Below are positions 1-9,721 of a stretch of 64,000 nucleotides of DNA, piece after piece; positions within the stretch are counted from its first letter, which is position 1, and each line of letters begins with the position of its first letter. Position numbers and translations under genes: made by a program. The stretch is from a virus. The stretch spans positions 2,481 to 66,480 of the IMG/VR virus record IMGVR_UViG_3300049027_000111; one strand, 5' to 3'. The notes beneath the pieces were generated by a model, which searched no databases, was not told the origin of the DNA, and saw only the letters and a program-made list of their open reading frames with translations.

Positions 1-75
1 CGCGCACACCCACAGCGTCAGCGACGTGCGTCCGTCGTGGGTCGCCATCGTCCCCTTGCTCTGGGTAGGCACCTG

Positions 76-1500
76 ATGCCGATCGACACCGACCTGCTGT
101 CCACGACCGGCGCCGTGGACAAGGAGGACGTGCGCACCGGGCTGATCCTGCCGGCCGCCGCCGACATCGCCGCGCTGCAGGCAGCCGCGGCCACGCTGCA
201 GGAGGACGTCGCCGCGCTCGAGACGGTCGTCGGCGGGCTCGAGGACGCCTACACGGTGATGACCGTGTCGGAGTATGCCGGGGCGACGCTCGAGGCCGAC
301 ACCGCCTACTCCATCGAGCCAGCGTGGGTCGCCGCCACGGACGACCTGCCCGACCTCCTCGACGATCGGTGGGACGGGGTCGAGCTGACGGTCGGGACCG
401 AGGAGCCCAGGATCTACCGTTGCCTGCCCGACGGTGAGGGCGGCCGATCCTGGGTGGCGATCGGCACGGTCAGCGCGGACAGCCCGACCTTCACCGGCAC
501 GGCGACGGTTGAATCCCTCAAGATCGGCGACCTGTGCTTTCTGACCGAGGTCGACGGCGACGCTTATCTCAGTGTCAATGCGCGCTACGACGGAAGTGAT
601 TGGCTGCGGATCGACGTGACCGCGCCGGCCTACCGCCTGCAGTGGAACGTCGCAAATAACATGGACTTTGAGTCCTACAAAGCCTGTACTTTCTGGATTG
701 CTTCGGCCGCTGCCAACCCTATTGGGGCTATCGCCACAGTGGGCGGCTGGGAACTTGCTTTCTCTATGTCACAATTTCGCGACTGGACCCAGGGTGGCGG
801 CGGGACCGAGTTCGACGGGCACGGCACGGTTGAACAATACGGCTACGGCCGCTACCAACATGCGACCATCTCCGGGGTCGCAAAAACCGGACTGTTATGC
901 AACCAATACCTGGATGAGAGCGGGCGCGATCGGCCGCTGAAGCCGAGCTGGCAGGCCGGCTTCCAGAGCGACGGCACCACCGACCGCTTCGTGATCAGCC
1001 GCGGCGCCGGTGGCGTCTCCTGGCCCGGCTGGACCGAGCTGCTCACCCTGTCGAGCACCGGCAGCCTGACCGTGGCGCAGCCGCTCGCGGTGGCGCAGGG
1101 CGGCACGGCGGCGACGACCGCCTCGGCGGCGCGGACCAACCTTGGCGTCGGCACGGCCGGCCTGTCTGTGGTCGCCGACAACGCCGGCACCGTCCTGACC
1201 GCGGGGGGCATGGGCGACATCGAGATCCCGTTCGCCTGCCTGATCACCAGCGTCAAAGGCTTCGCCGACCAAAGCGGCAGCGTCAGCGTCGATTTCCTGC
1301 GCGCGGCCTCCGGCGTCTACCCGCCGGTGACCTCCTTGTGCGCCGGGGCGCCGCTGGCCTTGTCGAGCGCGTCGAGCGCCACCGCGACAATCTCTGGATG
1401 GACCAAGACGCTGGCAGCTGGAGATATTCTCAGGCCCGTCACCAGCAGCATTTCCACGATTACCCGCCTCACCGTCAACATCACCTTGACGAGGACTTGA
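76..1500 (+). CDS. Tail fibre / virion appendage protein
   Basis: ATG at 76 inside ORF 37..1500. Fibre-type motifs 'DSPTFTGTAT' and 'LAVAQGGTAATTASAARTNLG'. First gene of a run of T/S/G-rich structural genes. Confidence 0.7.
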   Translation: MPIDTDLLSTTGAVDKEDVRTGLILPAAADIAALQAAAATLQEDVAALETVVGGLEDAYTVMTVSEYAGATLEADTAYSIEPAWVAATDDLPDLLDDRWDGVELTVGTEEPRIYRCLPDGEGGRSWVAIGTVSADSPTFTGTATVESLKIGDLCFLTEVDGDAYLSVNARYDGSDWLRIDVTAPAYRLQWNVANNMDFESYKACTFWIASAAANPIGAIATVGGWELAFSMSQFRDWTQGGGGTEFDGHGTVEQYGYGRYQHATISGVAKTGLLCNQYLDESGRDRPLKPSWQAGFQSDGTTDRFVISRGAGGVSWPGWTELLTLSSTGSLTVAQPLAVAQGGTAATTASAARTNLGVGTAGLSVVADNAGTVLTAGGMGDIEIPFACLITSVKGFADQSGSVSVDFLRAASGVYPPVTSLCAGAPLALSSASSATATISGWTKTLAAGDILRPVTSSISTITRLTVNITLTRT

Positions 1501-1502
1501 CG

Positions 1503-2546
1503 ATGGCCTTGGTCACCTTCGAGGGCTTTGATCAGTTCGACGACACCGGCCTGGGCACCCAGCTGTTGACCAAGGGCTGGGCGGCCATCGTCTCCCCCGC
1601 CGGCGCCGCCGGCCGGTACGGCGGCCGATGCTTCCGGCTCACCACCAACTCGGTCACCGCGCGCTACGATTTTGCCGCGGCCCTGGCGACGGCCACGGTC
1701 GGGCTGGCGTTCCAGAGCACCGCCACGAACGCCACGTCGTCCTCGATCGTGATCTTCACCGACTCCGGCACGACGGGCCAGTTCGGCCTGGGGCTTAACG
1801 CATCCAACAAGTTTTTCGTCTTTCGCGGCACGACGTCGACCGTGGTGGCGACCTCGGCCACCGGCCCGGTGGCTCTGCAGTGGTATTATCTGGAGTTCCA
1901 GGCGACGATCCACAACACCACCGGTGCCTACGAAGTAAAATTGAATGGAACGCAGCTCGCCGATCTGACCGCGACTGGCGTCAACACCCGCTCGACCGCC
2001 AACAACCAGACGACTGGGGTCTATCTGTCCAGCACCGCCAACCCGACCGGCTTCTTCTATTGCGACGACTTGTACATCACCGACACGACGGGCGGTTCGA
2101 ATACCGGATTTCTCGGCGAGGTCCGGGTGACGACCATCGTCCCGACCGGTGCCGGGGCCAGCACGCAGTTCACCCCGTCGACCGGCAGCAACTGGCAGAA
2201 CGTCGACGAGATCGGCACCAGCGGCACGGCGGCCGACACCGACTACAACAGCTCCAGCACGGCCGGGCACATCGACAGCTTCGCGATCAGCAGCAGTTCC
2301 ATTTCCGGCAGTCCGGCGGTCTATGCTGTAGCCTTGAGCGTCACCTGCCGGAAAGACGATGTCGGCGTCAGGACGATCCGGACGCGGCTGAAGTCCTCCG
2401 CGGCGATCAGCACCGGCACGACCTCGACCGTGCTGTCGAGCTACGGGACGTTCAGGACGGTGCATTTGGTCGACCCGAACACGACCGCGGCCTGGAGCGT
2501 CGCGGCGGTGAACGCGATGGAGATCGGCTACGAGCTGGTGAGCTAG
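1503..2546 (+). CDS. Virion structural protein, beta-sandwich/lectin-like
   Basis: MALVTFEGFD start 2 nt after the upstream stop. T/S/G-rich with 'WYYLEF...GAYEVKLNG...YCDDLYI', a pattern seen in phage minor tail proteins. Confidence 0.6.
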   Translation: MALVTFEGFDQFDDTGLGTQLLTKGWAAIVSPAGAAGRYGGRCFRLTTNSVTARYDFAAALATATVGLAFQSTATNATSSSIVIFTDSGTTGQFGLGLNASNKFFVFRGTTSTVVATSATGPVALQWYYLEFQATIHNTTGAYEVKLNGTQLADLTATGVNTRSTANNQTTGVYLSSTANPTGFFYCDDLYITDTTGGSNTGFLGEVRVTTIVPTGAGASTQFTPSTGSNWQNVDEIGTSGTAADTDYNSSSTAGHIDSFAISSSSISGSPAVYAVALSVTCRKDDVGVRTIRTRLKSSAAISTGTTSTVLSSYGTFRTVHLVDPNTTAAWSVAAVNAMEIGYELVS

Positions 2547-2550
2547 CTCG

Positions 2551-2817
2551 ATGGCCGTCCGCGTCACCCAGACCAGCGCCGAGGCGCTGGTCACCGACAA
2601 CACCGCTCGCAGGGTGCGGGCTACCCAGGTCTCAGCCGAGGCGCTGGTCACCAACAACACCGCCCGCCGGGTGCGGACCACCCAGATCAGCGCCGAGGTG
2701 CTGCAGACCGTCGGCACCAACCCGGCGGTGCTGCGGGTCACCCAGATCAGCGCCGAGGTGCTGATGCAGGTGGTGCCCCCGGCCAGCCAGCGCTCCCGGG
2801 TGGTCTGGATTGTGTAA
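2551..2817 (+). CDS. Small repeat protein (4 x VRxTQxSAExL)
   Basis: 88 aa with four internal repeats, within the structural operon. Confidence 0.6.
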   Translation: MAVRVTQTSAEALVTDNTARRVRATQVSAEALVTNNTARRVRTTQISAEVLQTVGTNPAVLRVTQISAEVLMQVVPPASQRSRVVWIV

Positions 2818-2847
2818 GCGCGCGGGATCGCTGAGGAGCCGCCGGCC

Positions 2848-3933
2848 GTGACCCTGACCGTCGTCGGCAACAGCTTGCGCTGGCACGACGTGCCGATCGT
2901 CCTGCGCGGGGTGGCGGTGGGCGATCCCCTCGACGCGCGCGGCTGGCGGCCGACCAGCGACTACACGACCCTGTCGAGCACCTGGGGCTGCAACTGCGTG
3001 CGCCTCAGCGTGCAGAGCCTGTCCTGGCGCGACCAGCAGGCCGGGCTGCTCGAGGCGCTCGAGAGCGACGTGGCGGCAGCCCTGGCGGCCGACATGTGGG
3101 TGATCATCACTTGGCATGTCATCGGCTGGCCGGATGGCTTCACGGATACCCCTGAGTGGTACGACACGGATTTTAGCCTCGCGGTTGATTTTTGGACGGA
3201 CATGAGATCGCGTTTCGGCTCGGAGCCACGGGTGCTGTTCGAGCTCTGGAACGAGCCGCTGTCCGAGGATGCCTACGGCGGGACCAGCACCGAGGACACC
3301 TGGCCGGAGCTCAAGGCGCGCTACGAAGAGCTGGTGACCTTGATCCGTGAGGAGTCGGCGAACGTTATTCTGTGCTCTGGTGATATGAACTCGTATGACC
3401 TGCGAAGCATCGCCGACAACCTGATCACGGGCGACAACGTCGGCTATATTTGGCACGTCTATCCTCTCTACAACGCCGATCCGCCGATCGGGAAAAGCAC
3501 CATCGCCGAGCATCAGGCGGACTGGGCCGAGAAGCTCGACGGGCTGCCGGCCGTGGCGCCGGTCGTGGTGACGGAATGGGGCTTCCAGCCGGACGTCGCG
3601 GACCACTGGTCCGGCACCGCCGAGAGCTTCGGCACGCCGCTGGTCGAGCTCCTGGACGACGACGACCTGCATTGGACCGCCTGGATCTGGCACCCCGAGT
3701 GGGGGCCGCCGATGCTGACCGAGGACTGGTCCGGCGTGAACGTCTTCGGCGCGTTCGTGCAAGCCACCCTCGCGGCGACGACCCAGGCCCGGCCGAGCGC
3801 CGAGCCCGAGGATCCCGAGGATCCCGAGGAGCCGGAGCCTCCTGAGCAGCCGCCCGCCGTGCTGCACCGCATCCTGCGCAGGAAGCCGACCGGCGGCCCG
3901 ATGCAGACCATCCGCGTCGTCAGGCCGTCCTAG
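2848..3933 (+). CDS. Glycoside hydrolase family 5 (cellulase-like)
   Basis: Acid/base motif 'LFELWNEP', 'WHVYP', nucleophile motif 'VVVTEWG', 'WTAWIW'. Acidic P/E linker at the C-terminus. Confidence 0.85.
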   Translation: MTLTVVGNSLRWHDVPIVLRGVAVGDPLDARGWRPTSDYTTLSSTWGCNCVRLSVQSLSWRDQQAGLLEALESDVAAALAADMWVIITWHVIGWPDGFTDTPEWYDTDFSLAVDFWTDMRSRFGSEPRVLFELWNEPLSEDAYGGTSTEDTWPELKARYEELVTLIREESANVILCSGDMNSYDLRSIADNLITGDNVGYIWHVYPLYNADPPIGKSTIAEHQADWAEKLDGLPAVAPVVVTEWGFQPDVADHWSGTAESFGTPLVELLDDDDLHWTAWIWHPEWGPPMLTEDWSGVNVFGAFVQATLAATTQARPSAEPEDPEDPEEPEPPEQPPAVLHRILRRKPTGGPMQTIRVVRPS

Positions 3934-3957
3934 CCCGCCCCAAGTTCGGAGACTCGC

Positions 3958-4290
3958 ATGTCCGAGATCTATGTCCGCACCGCGCTGTCGCGGCGCGGCG
4001 GTCTTCCCTTGCCCGCGGCCTCGCCCGACACCTCCCTCGGGGTGCGGCTCGCCGTCGGCTCGACGGCGACGACCAGCAGCGCGCTCACGGCCGGGCTGTA
4101 CTACATCGGCAACAGCGTGGCATGCTATCTCGCCATCGGACAAAATCCCACGGCAACAACCGGTGCCACGAACCTTCCGCTTTTTGGGCCGTCGACTATC
4201 ACCATCGCGATCAAGAGTGGGCATAAGATTTCGGTTATTCGCGACGCGACCGACGGCTACTTGTGGATCGTGCCGGCGAGGAGCAACTGA
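3958..4290 (+). CDS. Small virion protein (hypothetical)
   Basis: 110 aa, RBS GGAGA, stop overlaps the next ATG. Confidence 0.6.
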   Translation: MSEIYVRTALSRRGGLPLPAASPDTSLGVRLAVGSTATTSSALTAGLYYIGNSVACYLAIGQNPTATTGATNLPLFGPSTITIAIKSGHKISVIRDATDGYLWIVPARSN

Positions 4291-7200
4291 TGCTCGATCT
4301 CCAGCCCCTTTATTACGGCACATCGACCTTCACCGTCGGCCGGTTCGGGGTGCTCGGCACCCTGCCGGCCGTGCCGCAGGGGCTGGGGCTGATCTACGAC
4401 CTCGACTTCCAGCACACGGCGACCAGCACCGACCTAAGCAACGCCGGGTACAGCTTTAGCAGGACGGGTAGCGCGTGGGACGAATTCGGCAACAGCTTCA
4501 GCTCGGGCACGCCGCGCATCGTTCCTGGTAAGGGTTTGTTGATCGAAGGAAGTCGAACCAACAGTGTTCGCAACAGCACGATGGTCGGCGTGGCGGCGGG
4601 CACGCCGGGCACCCTGCCGACCAACTGGACCGCCAGCGCCGCCACCGGCTTGTCCCATCAGGTCGTCGGCACCGGCACCTTGGGCGGGCTGACCTATCTT
4701 GATTTGCGGGTCTACGGCACCGCCGGCAGCACGGCCGCGACCGGCTTCTCGCCCGAGGCCGCCACCCAGATCGTCGCCAGCAGCGGCCAGACTTGGACGG
4801 CTTCCTGGTACATGGCCCTGGTCGGCGGCAGCCTGAACAACGTCACCGCGCTTCGCTTCGACGTCACCGAGCGGAACAGCGGCGGGTCGGCGGTGCAGAC
4901 GACCAACGGCAGCGACATCAAGGGCAGCTTGACGACGAGCCTGCAGCGCTTCTCGCTCACCCGCACGCTCACCGACGCGACGACGGTCGGGGTGCTCACC
5001 AGCATCCGCGGCGCGGTCACCAACGGCGCGGCCGTCGACTACACGCTGCGCCTCGCCGCGCCCCAGATCGAATCGGGCGCGCATATGTCGTCGCCCATTT
5101 TAACCTCCGGCTCTGCAGCGACCAGGAACGGCGAGTCCTGCATCCGCACCATCCAGCCCAGCTTCATGGCGCAGGGCACGGTCCTGGTCGAGTACGGCAA
5201 CCCGGCCGGCGGCACCGCGCGGACGTTCCTGCTGCTCGTCACGGACAGCGGCAACAGTCGCTGGAATCTGCGGTCGAGCGACGGCGGCAGCTACGCGCCC
5301 AATCTGGCCGTCGGCGACGGCACCGCCAACACGACGCTGGTCGGCACCGCGTACGCGGTCGGCACCGGCCAGCGGGCCGCCGCGGCCTGGACCGGCTCGC
5401 GCTCGATCCTGGCGCACAACGGCACGCTCACCGCCGCCGGGAACGGCTACACGTCGGATGGCACCACGCAGCTTGTCCTGGGCGGCACATCGGACAATGC
5501 GCACTGGGGCTACATCCGGAGGATCCGGCACTACGCCGCGGTCTTCACCGACAGCAACCTCCAGCTCGCGACCGCCGACTTCGACCTCAATCTGGCTTAC
5601 GACGCGACCGCCAACGACCTCGCCGCGGCGGGCTTCGCCACGACCCGGGCGACGGCTGCCTGGGATGAATTAGGAAGATCTTACACATCAGATACACCTA
5701 GGGTTGTTCCGGGACGCGGTTTGTTGGTCGAGGGTGCCCGAACGAACCTCGTTTTGCGCTCGCAAGAGTTCGACAACGCCGCCTGGACCAAGTCCTCGGT
5801 CACGGTGACCGCGAACGACGCCATCGCTCCCGATGGCACCCTGACCGCCGACAAGCTGACGGAATCCGGCTCCGGCGCGATCACCCGCCCCGGCACCGCG
5901 CTCACCGTGACCGCGGCCACCAACTACACGGTCTCGTTCTATGCGCGGCGCAGCAATTTCACTTGGCTGCGCGTGCTCGTCGGCGACGACAGCGCGTTCA
6001 CCAACCGCATCGCGGGCTGGTTCGATCTGCTCAATGGGGTCAAGGGCAGCGTCGTGGTCAACGGCGCGGTGACCTCCGGCGGCTCGACCATGACGGCGAT
6101 CGGCGGCGGATGGTATCGGTGCGCGATCGTTTTCTCGATGAACTCGGCGACGACAGCGTTTCCGGCGGTGGTGAGCGCCAGCGCCGACGCGTCCACGACC
6201 CGGGCCGACGTGGGCGGCGGTGCCGGCATCGGCGGCATCATGCATGTCTGGCAGGCCCAGGTTGTGGCCTCGTCGTTCGTCGGCACGCCCATCGCGACCA
6301 CTTCGGCCGCGGTGACCAGGAACGTCGACGCCATCGTCGCCACCCGCGCGGCGGGGCTGCTCGATCGCGGCAGCGCGCTGGTCCGCGCCGCCCTAGCGCC
6401 GGGCAGCGACAGCGGCGTGCAGCAGATGCTGCTCACCCTGCACGACGGCACCGTCAACAACCGGCTTTCGCTTTATCGCTCGACCGCGACGTCCGCCCTG
6501 ACGCTGTATCTGGGCGCCGGTGGCGTGCAGCAGGCCTCGCTCGGGGGTGGCGCGGGCTCGGCCAACGCCTTGGCGATCAGCGGCGGCGCCGGCCGCTGGG
6601 CCACCGACAACACCGCGTGGTCGGTCAACGGCGGCGCGGTCACGGTCGATGCGGTCGCGACCGTCCCGGCGATGACCAGCGAGCAGCTGGGCGCGCGCAA
6701 CGGCAACGCCGAGCCGCTCTACGGCTACCTCCGCCGGATCAAGCGCACCACGACCCTGCTGACCGACGCCGAGCTGCAGGCGGCGTCGAACGGCTACGAC
6801 CTCTCGTTCGCGCTCGGGGCGACCGCGGTCGAGTTGTCCGGCTCGGGCTGGTCCTTTTCCAGGGCCGGCACGGCCTATGACCTATGGGGAAACAGCTACC
6901 CGGCCAACCAGCCCAGGATCGTGCCCGGCCGGGGTCTCCTGCTGGAAACCGGCGCCCGCACCAATCAGGTTTTGCAGTCGAACACCTTCAGCTCCGGCAG
7001 CTGGACCAAGACCGAGATGACGCTGACCGCCGCGGCCGGCATCAGCCCCGACGGGACGGCGAACGCGTGGTCGATGGTCGAGAGCGCCAACAGCGCCTCG
7101 CGCACGATGCAGAGCAGCGTCAGCTTCACCTCGGGCACGACCTACTGCTTCAGCTGCTACTACAAGCCGTTGCCGGGCTCAGCGACGCGCTACGCGCGGA

Positions 7201-7973
7201 TCCTGCTGCCGGCGGTCGCGTTCGGGGCCAGCAGCTTGGGCGCGAACTTCGATACGAACACGGGCGCGGCGACGAACGTTGGCGCCGGGGTGACCACCCC
7301 GGCCGTGTCGATCGGCGGCGGCTGGTGGCGGTTCGCGATCACCGCCACCGCGGTAGCCACCTCGTCGAACAGCGTCATCATCGGCATGTCGGTGAACACC
7401 CTCGGCACGACCAACTACGCCGGTGACGGCGCCAGCGGCCTCCTCGTCTGGCAGGCCCAATGCGAGGCCGGGGTGTTCGCGAGCACGCCAATCCCGACCA
7501 CCTCGTCGACGGTCACCCGCGCCGCGGACGTCCTCACCGCCGCCCGCACGGCCGGTCTGCTGACCACCGGCTCGGTTCTGCTCGAGGCGACCACCGCGTC
7601 CGGGGTCGACGCCAGCGTCAACGCGGGGCTTTACGCGGCTTATATTGACGCCGCGACCTATCTGTGGGTCTACCGCGGCACCAGCCGCGCGATCGGCGTC
7701 GACAGCCAGGGCGGCGGGCAGGCGTTCGCGACCGTGGCCGACCGCACCCACCTGCGCCTCGCCATGACCTGGACCAGCACCGGCTACCGAGCCTGCCTGA
7801 ACGGCGGCACGGTCCAGGCCGGCACCGGCTCGGGCGCGTTCACGACGGAAGCGCTCGGCGACCTGCCGCCCTACGGCAGGCCGTCCTTCGGCTACGTGCG
7901 GCGGATCGCGCGCACGGGCGAGAGCTGGTCCGACGCCCAGCTCAAGGCGTTCACCTACGGCGCCGTGCTGTAA
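4290..7973 (+). CDS. Head-spike/fibre protein with three tandem modules
   Basis: Three copies of 'F(S/T)RxxxAxDxxGxSxxxxxPR(I/V)VPG(K/R)GLL(I/V/L)ExxxRTN' and three 'GY(I/L/V)RRI...(S/T)DxxL' module ends. Confidence 0.75.
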   Translation: MLDLQPLYYGTSTFTVGRFGVLGTLPAVPQGLGLIYDLDFQHTATSTDLSNAGYSFSRTGSAWDEFGNSFSSGTPRIVPGKGLLIEGSRTNSVRNSTMVGVAAGTPGTLPTNWTASAATGLSHQVVGTGTLGGLTYLDLRVYGTAGSTAATGFSPEAATQIVASSGQTWTASWYMALVGGSLNNVTALRFDVTERNSGGSAVQTTNGSDIKGSLTTSLQRFSLTRTLTDATTVGVLTSIRGAVTNGAAVDYTLRLAAPQIESGAHMSSPILTSGSAATRNGESCIRTIQPSFMAQGTVLVEYGNPAGGTARTFLLLVTDSGNSRWNLRSSDGGSYAPNLAVGDGTANTTLVGTAYAVGTGQRAAAAWTGSRSILAHNGTLTAAGNGYTSDGTTQLVLGGTSDNAHWGYIRRIRHYAAVFTDSNLQLATADFDLNLAYDATANDLAAAGFATTRATAAWDELGRSYTSDTPRVVPGRGLLVEGARTNLVLRSQEFDNAAWTKSSVTVTANDAIAPDGTLTADKLTESGSGAITRPGTALTVTAATNYTVSFYARRSNFTWLRVLVGDDSAFTNRIAGWFDLLNGVKGSVVVNGAVTSGGSTMTAIGGGWYRCAIVFSMNSATTAFPAVVSASADASTTRADVGGGAGIGGIMHVWQAQVVASSFVGTPIATTSAAVTRNVDAIVATRAAGLLDRGSALVRAALAPGSDSGVQQMLLTLHDGTVNNRLSLYRSTATSALTLYLGAGGVQQASLGGGAGSANALAISGGAGRWATDNTAWSVNGGAVTVDAVATVPAMTSEQLGARNGNAEPLYGYLRRIKRTTTLLTDAELQAASNGYDLSFALGATAVELSGSGWSFSRAGTAYDLWGNSYPANQPRIVPGRGLLLETGARTNQVLQSNTFSSGSWTKTEMTLTAAAGISPDGTANAWSMVESANSASRTMQSSVSFTSGTTYCFSCYYKPLPGSATRYARILLPAVAFGASSLGANFDTNTGAATNVGAGVTTPAVSIGGGWWRFAITATAVATSSNSVIIGMSVNTLGTTNYAGDGASGLLVWQAQCEAGVFASTPIPTTSSTVTRAADVLTAARTAGLLTTGSVLLEATTASGVDASVNAGLYAAYIDAATYLWVYRGTSRAIGVDSQGGGQAFATVADRTHLRLAMTWTSTGYRACLNGGTVQAGTGSGAFTTEALGDLPPYGRPSFGYVRRIARTGESWSDAQLKAFTYGAVL

Positions 7974-7977
7974 CCTT

Positions 7978-8115
7978 TCACGCCGCGGGTCGCGCCAGCG
8001 TCCAGACGATCCAGCCGAGGGCGAGAGCGCTCGCCAGGGCGAGGAGCGGCGCCACCAGCAGCCAATCGAGCACGGTGGGAGGCCGGTTGCCTGGCGCTTC
8101 GGTGCGGGCGGTCAT
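7978..8115 (-). CDS. Small single-TM membrane protein
   Basis: MTARTEAPGNRPPTVLDWLLVAPLLALASALALGWIVWTL. Paralog at 33320-33526. Confidence 0.55.
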   Translation of the reverse strand: MTARTEAPGNRPPTVLDWLLVAPLLALASALALGWIVWTLARPAA

Positions 8116-8288
8116 CGGGCAGGGTCCAGCTCGAGCCGCGTGGCACGCAAGGTCTCGGCCAGGGCCGGGTCGGGCGGCAGCCGCCACATGCGGCGCGCGT
8201 AGACCGCCTGCATCAGCGCGTTCTCGCGGCGCAAGAGCCAGCTTCGCCGGCCTGCAAGAGCCTCTTTCCAACCGACGGTCGACAGCAT
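8112..8288 (-). CDS. Hypothetical protein (58 aa)
   Basis: GAGGAG RBS, MLSTVGWKEALAG..., ATGA coupling to the next gene. Not in the ORF track (under 60 aa). Confidence 0.45.
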   Translation of the reverse strand: MLSTVGWKEALAGRRSWLLRRENALMQAVYARRMWRLPPDPALAETLRATRLELDPAR

Positions 8289-8300
8289 GGGCTCTCCTCT

Positions 8301-8723
8301 TCAGGCGGCTCGGGCCGGCAGCGGCGCCGGGCGCGCCGCGGCGCGCGGGCCGTAGGTCCGCTCGAGCGCGAGCAGCAGCCGGTCGACCGGCGGGGCGCCC
8401 TTCTTGCGCTTGGGCTCCGGCTCGGGCTTCTCGACCCTGGCCCGGCCAACCGCCAGCGTGTGCCCGGCGGCGGCCAGGGCGAGGCGCAGCTTCTCGCCCT
8501 TGATGCCGTGCGCCTGGGCATGGGTGGAGGTGGCGATTCCTGGCCGCCACGACGCCACTGCCCTCGCCAGCCGTTCGCCCGCCCGGGCGAGCTGCGTCCG
8601 CGAGCGCATCTCGTAGCGGCACGGCAACGAGCAGGCCTTGCGGGAGCGCCAGAGCTCCTCGCGCTCGCCCTTCTCACGGTGGACGAGCTTGCCGCAGATG
8701 CAGCAACGGTGCGGCGCGCTCAC
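8301..8723 (-). CDS. Hypothetical protein with CxxC...CxxxC zinc finger
   Basis: 'CCICGK...KACSLPC', GTGA overlap with the upstream gene. Confidence 0.5.
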   Translation of the reverse strand: MSAPHRCCICGKLVHREKGEREELWRSRKACSLPCRYEMRSRTQLARAGERLARAVASWRPGIATSTHAQAHGIKGEKLRLALAAAGHTLAVGRARVEKPEPEPKRKKGAPPVDRLLLALERTYGPRAAARPAPLPARAA

Positions 8724-9112
8724 GGCCGGCTCCAGCGCAGCATCGCCGGCTCGAGCGCCTGCCGGTCCTGCCGGTCCTGCCAGCACTCGAGGCTGCTCCT
8801 GTTGCGGCGCGTGTCGAGCCCGGCGCCGCTGTCGAGCCGGACCTCGACCCGGGCGAGCCGGTCGGAGAGGTTGGCCAATCTCTCCTCGAACCCGCGCCAG
8901 GTGGCCTCGACCGCGACCCGCCGCGCCTCGCCGCGATTGTCCATGCCGTCCAGCCGGCGCTCGAGCTGCTCGAGCTGCAGGCTCATCGTCGAGCGGCCGA
9001 CCGTCTGGCTCACGCCCCAGGAGCCGAGGCCCATGATCGCCGCGACCAGGGTCGAGGTGACCGCGAGCCAGCCGCGGCTGATGACGATGCCGGTCTCCGT
9101 GCCCTCAGCCAT
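8720..9112 (-). CDS. Membrane protein with coiled coil (possible holin/antiholin)
   Basis: One N-terminal TM helix then coiled coil, directly after the spanin-like pair. Confidence 0.45.
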   Translation of the reverse strand: MAEGTETGIVISRGWLAVTSTLVAAIMGLGSWGVSQTVGRSTMSLQLEQLERRLDGMDNRGEARRVAVEATWRGFEERLANLSDRLARVEVRLDSGAGLDTRRNRSSLECWQDRQDRQALEPAMLRWSRP

Positions 9113-9347
9113 CGCGGGCCGTCCCGGCGAGACAGGCCCTCGATTGAGCGCGGAGCCTCGCATAGTCGGGGACGAAGCGATCTCCAAGGACCGACGGGTC
9201 GGGTAGGAGAACGAGCTCCCGAGCCGCCTGCAGCATCACCGCGGCGCCGTAGGCCACCGGCACCGGACAGGCCGCCGTGTCAAAAGCTTCCGTCGCGCAG
9301 GCGGTCAAGGACAGAGGCGCGATCACGAGGGCCAAGCGCGTCAGCAT
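9105..9347 (-). CDS. o-spanin-like lipoprotein (Rz1-like)
   Basis: Signal peptide with lipobox LTAC, two further Cys, overlaps the 3' end of the upstream gene. Confidence 0.75.
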   Translation of the reverse strand: MLTRLALVIAPLSLTACATEAFDTAACPVPVAYGAAVMLQAARELVLLPDPSVLGDRFVPDYARLRAQSRACLAGTARDG

Positions 9348-9516
9348 GGGCGATCTCCCGCTGGAGGGCAGCCTGTCTGATCAGCGCGCCTCGATCGGCG
9401 GCGGCCCGTCCGGCGGCTCGTCCCGTGTGGGCGAGGATGGCGATCGTGGCCAGGACAAGGCCCAGGAACCAGGCGGCGAGCTTGGCCCCGGTGGCGACCG
9501 CAGCGACGGACAGCAT
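9280..9516 (-). CDS. i-spanin-like protein (Rz-like)
   Basis: N-terminal TM, Ala/Arg helix, C-terminal 'PRDRASVLDRLRDGSF', overlapped by the lipoprotein gene. Confidence 0.7.
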   Translation of the reverse strand: MLSVAAVATGAKLAAWFLGLVLATIAILAHTGRAAGRAAADRGALIRQAALQREIAHADALGPRDRASVLDRLRDGSF

Positions 9517-9687
9517 GTCTTCACCCGCAGTGGGCTGTTGTTGCCGCCAACCTATCAGACGCCACCCGGGTCCGCGCCGGGGCATGAGCGCGCTGCCCTG
9601 CGACCTATTGGCGACCAACGCAACGATCGGCTCGACCGCCTGTTGTAGGGCTGAGTGTTGTGTTCGTTTTCCCGCAGTTGACTGATG

Positions 9688-9721
9688 TGCCCGCCAGGCG
9701 TTTGCCGGCGGGCATTTTTTT
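9688..9721 (+). terminator. Intrinsic terminator-like hairpin
   Basis: TGCCCGCC-11 nt-GGCGGGCA followed by T7. Confidence 0.6.

Noticed and set aside
1-7973. Diversity-generating retroelement acting on fibre genes
   Set aside because: No reverse transcriptase and no near-identical TR/VR pair differing at adenines was seen.
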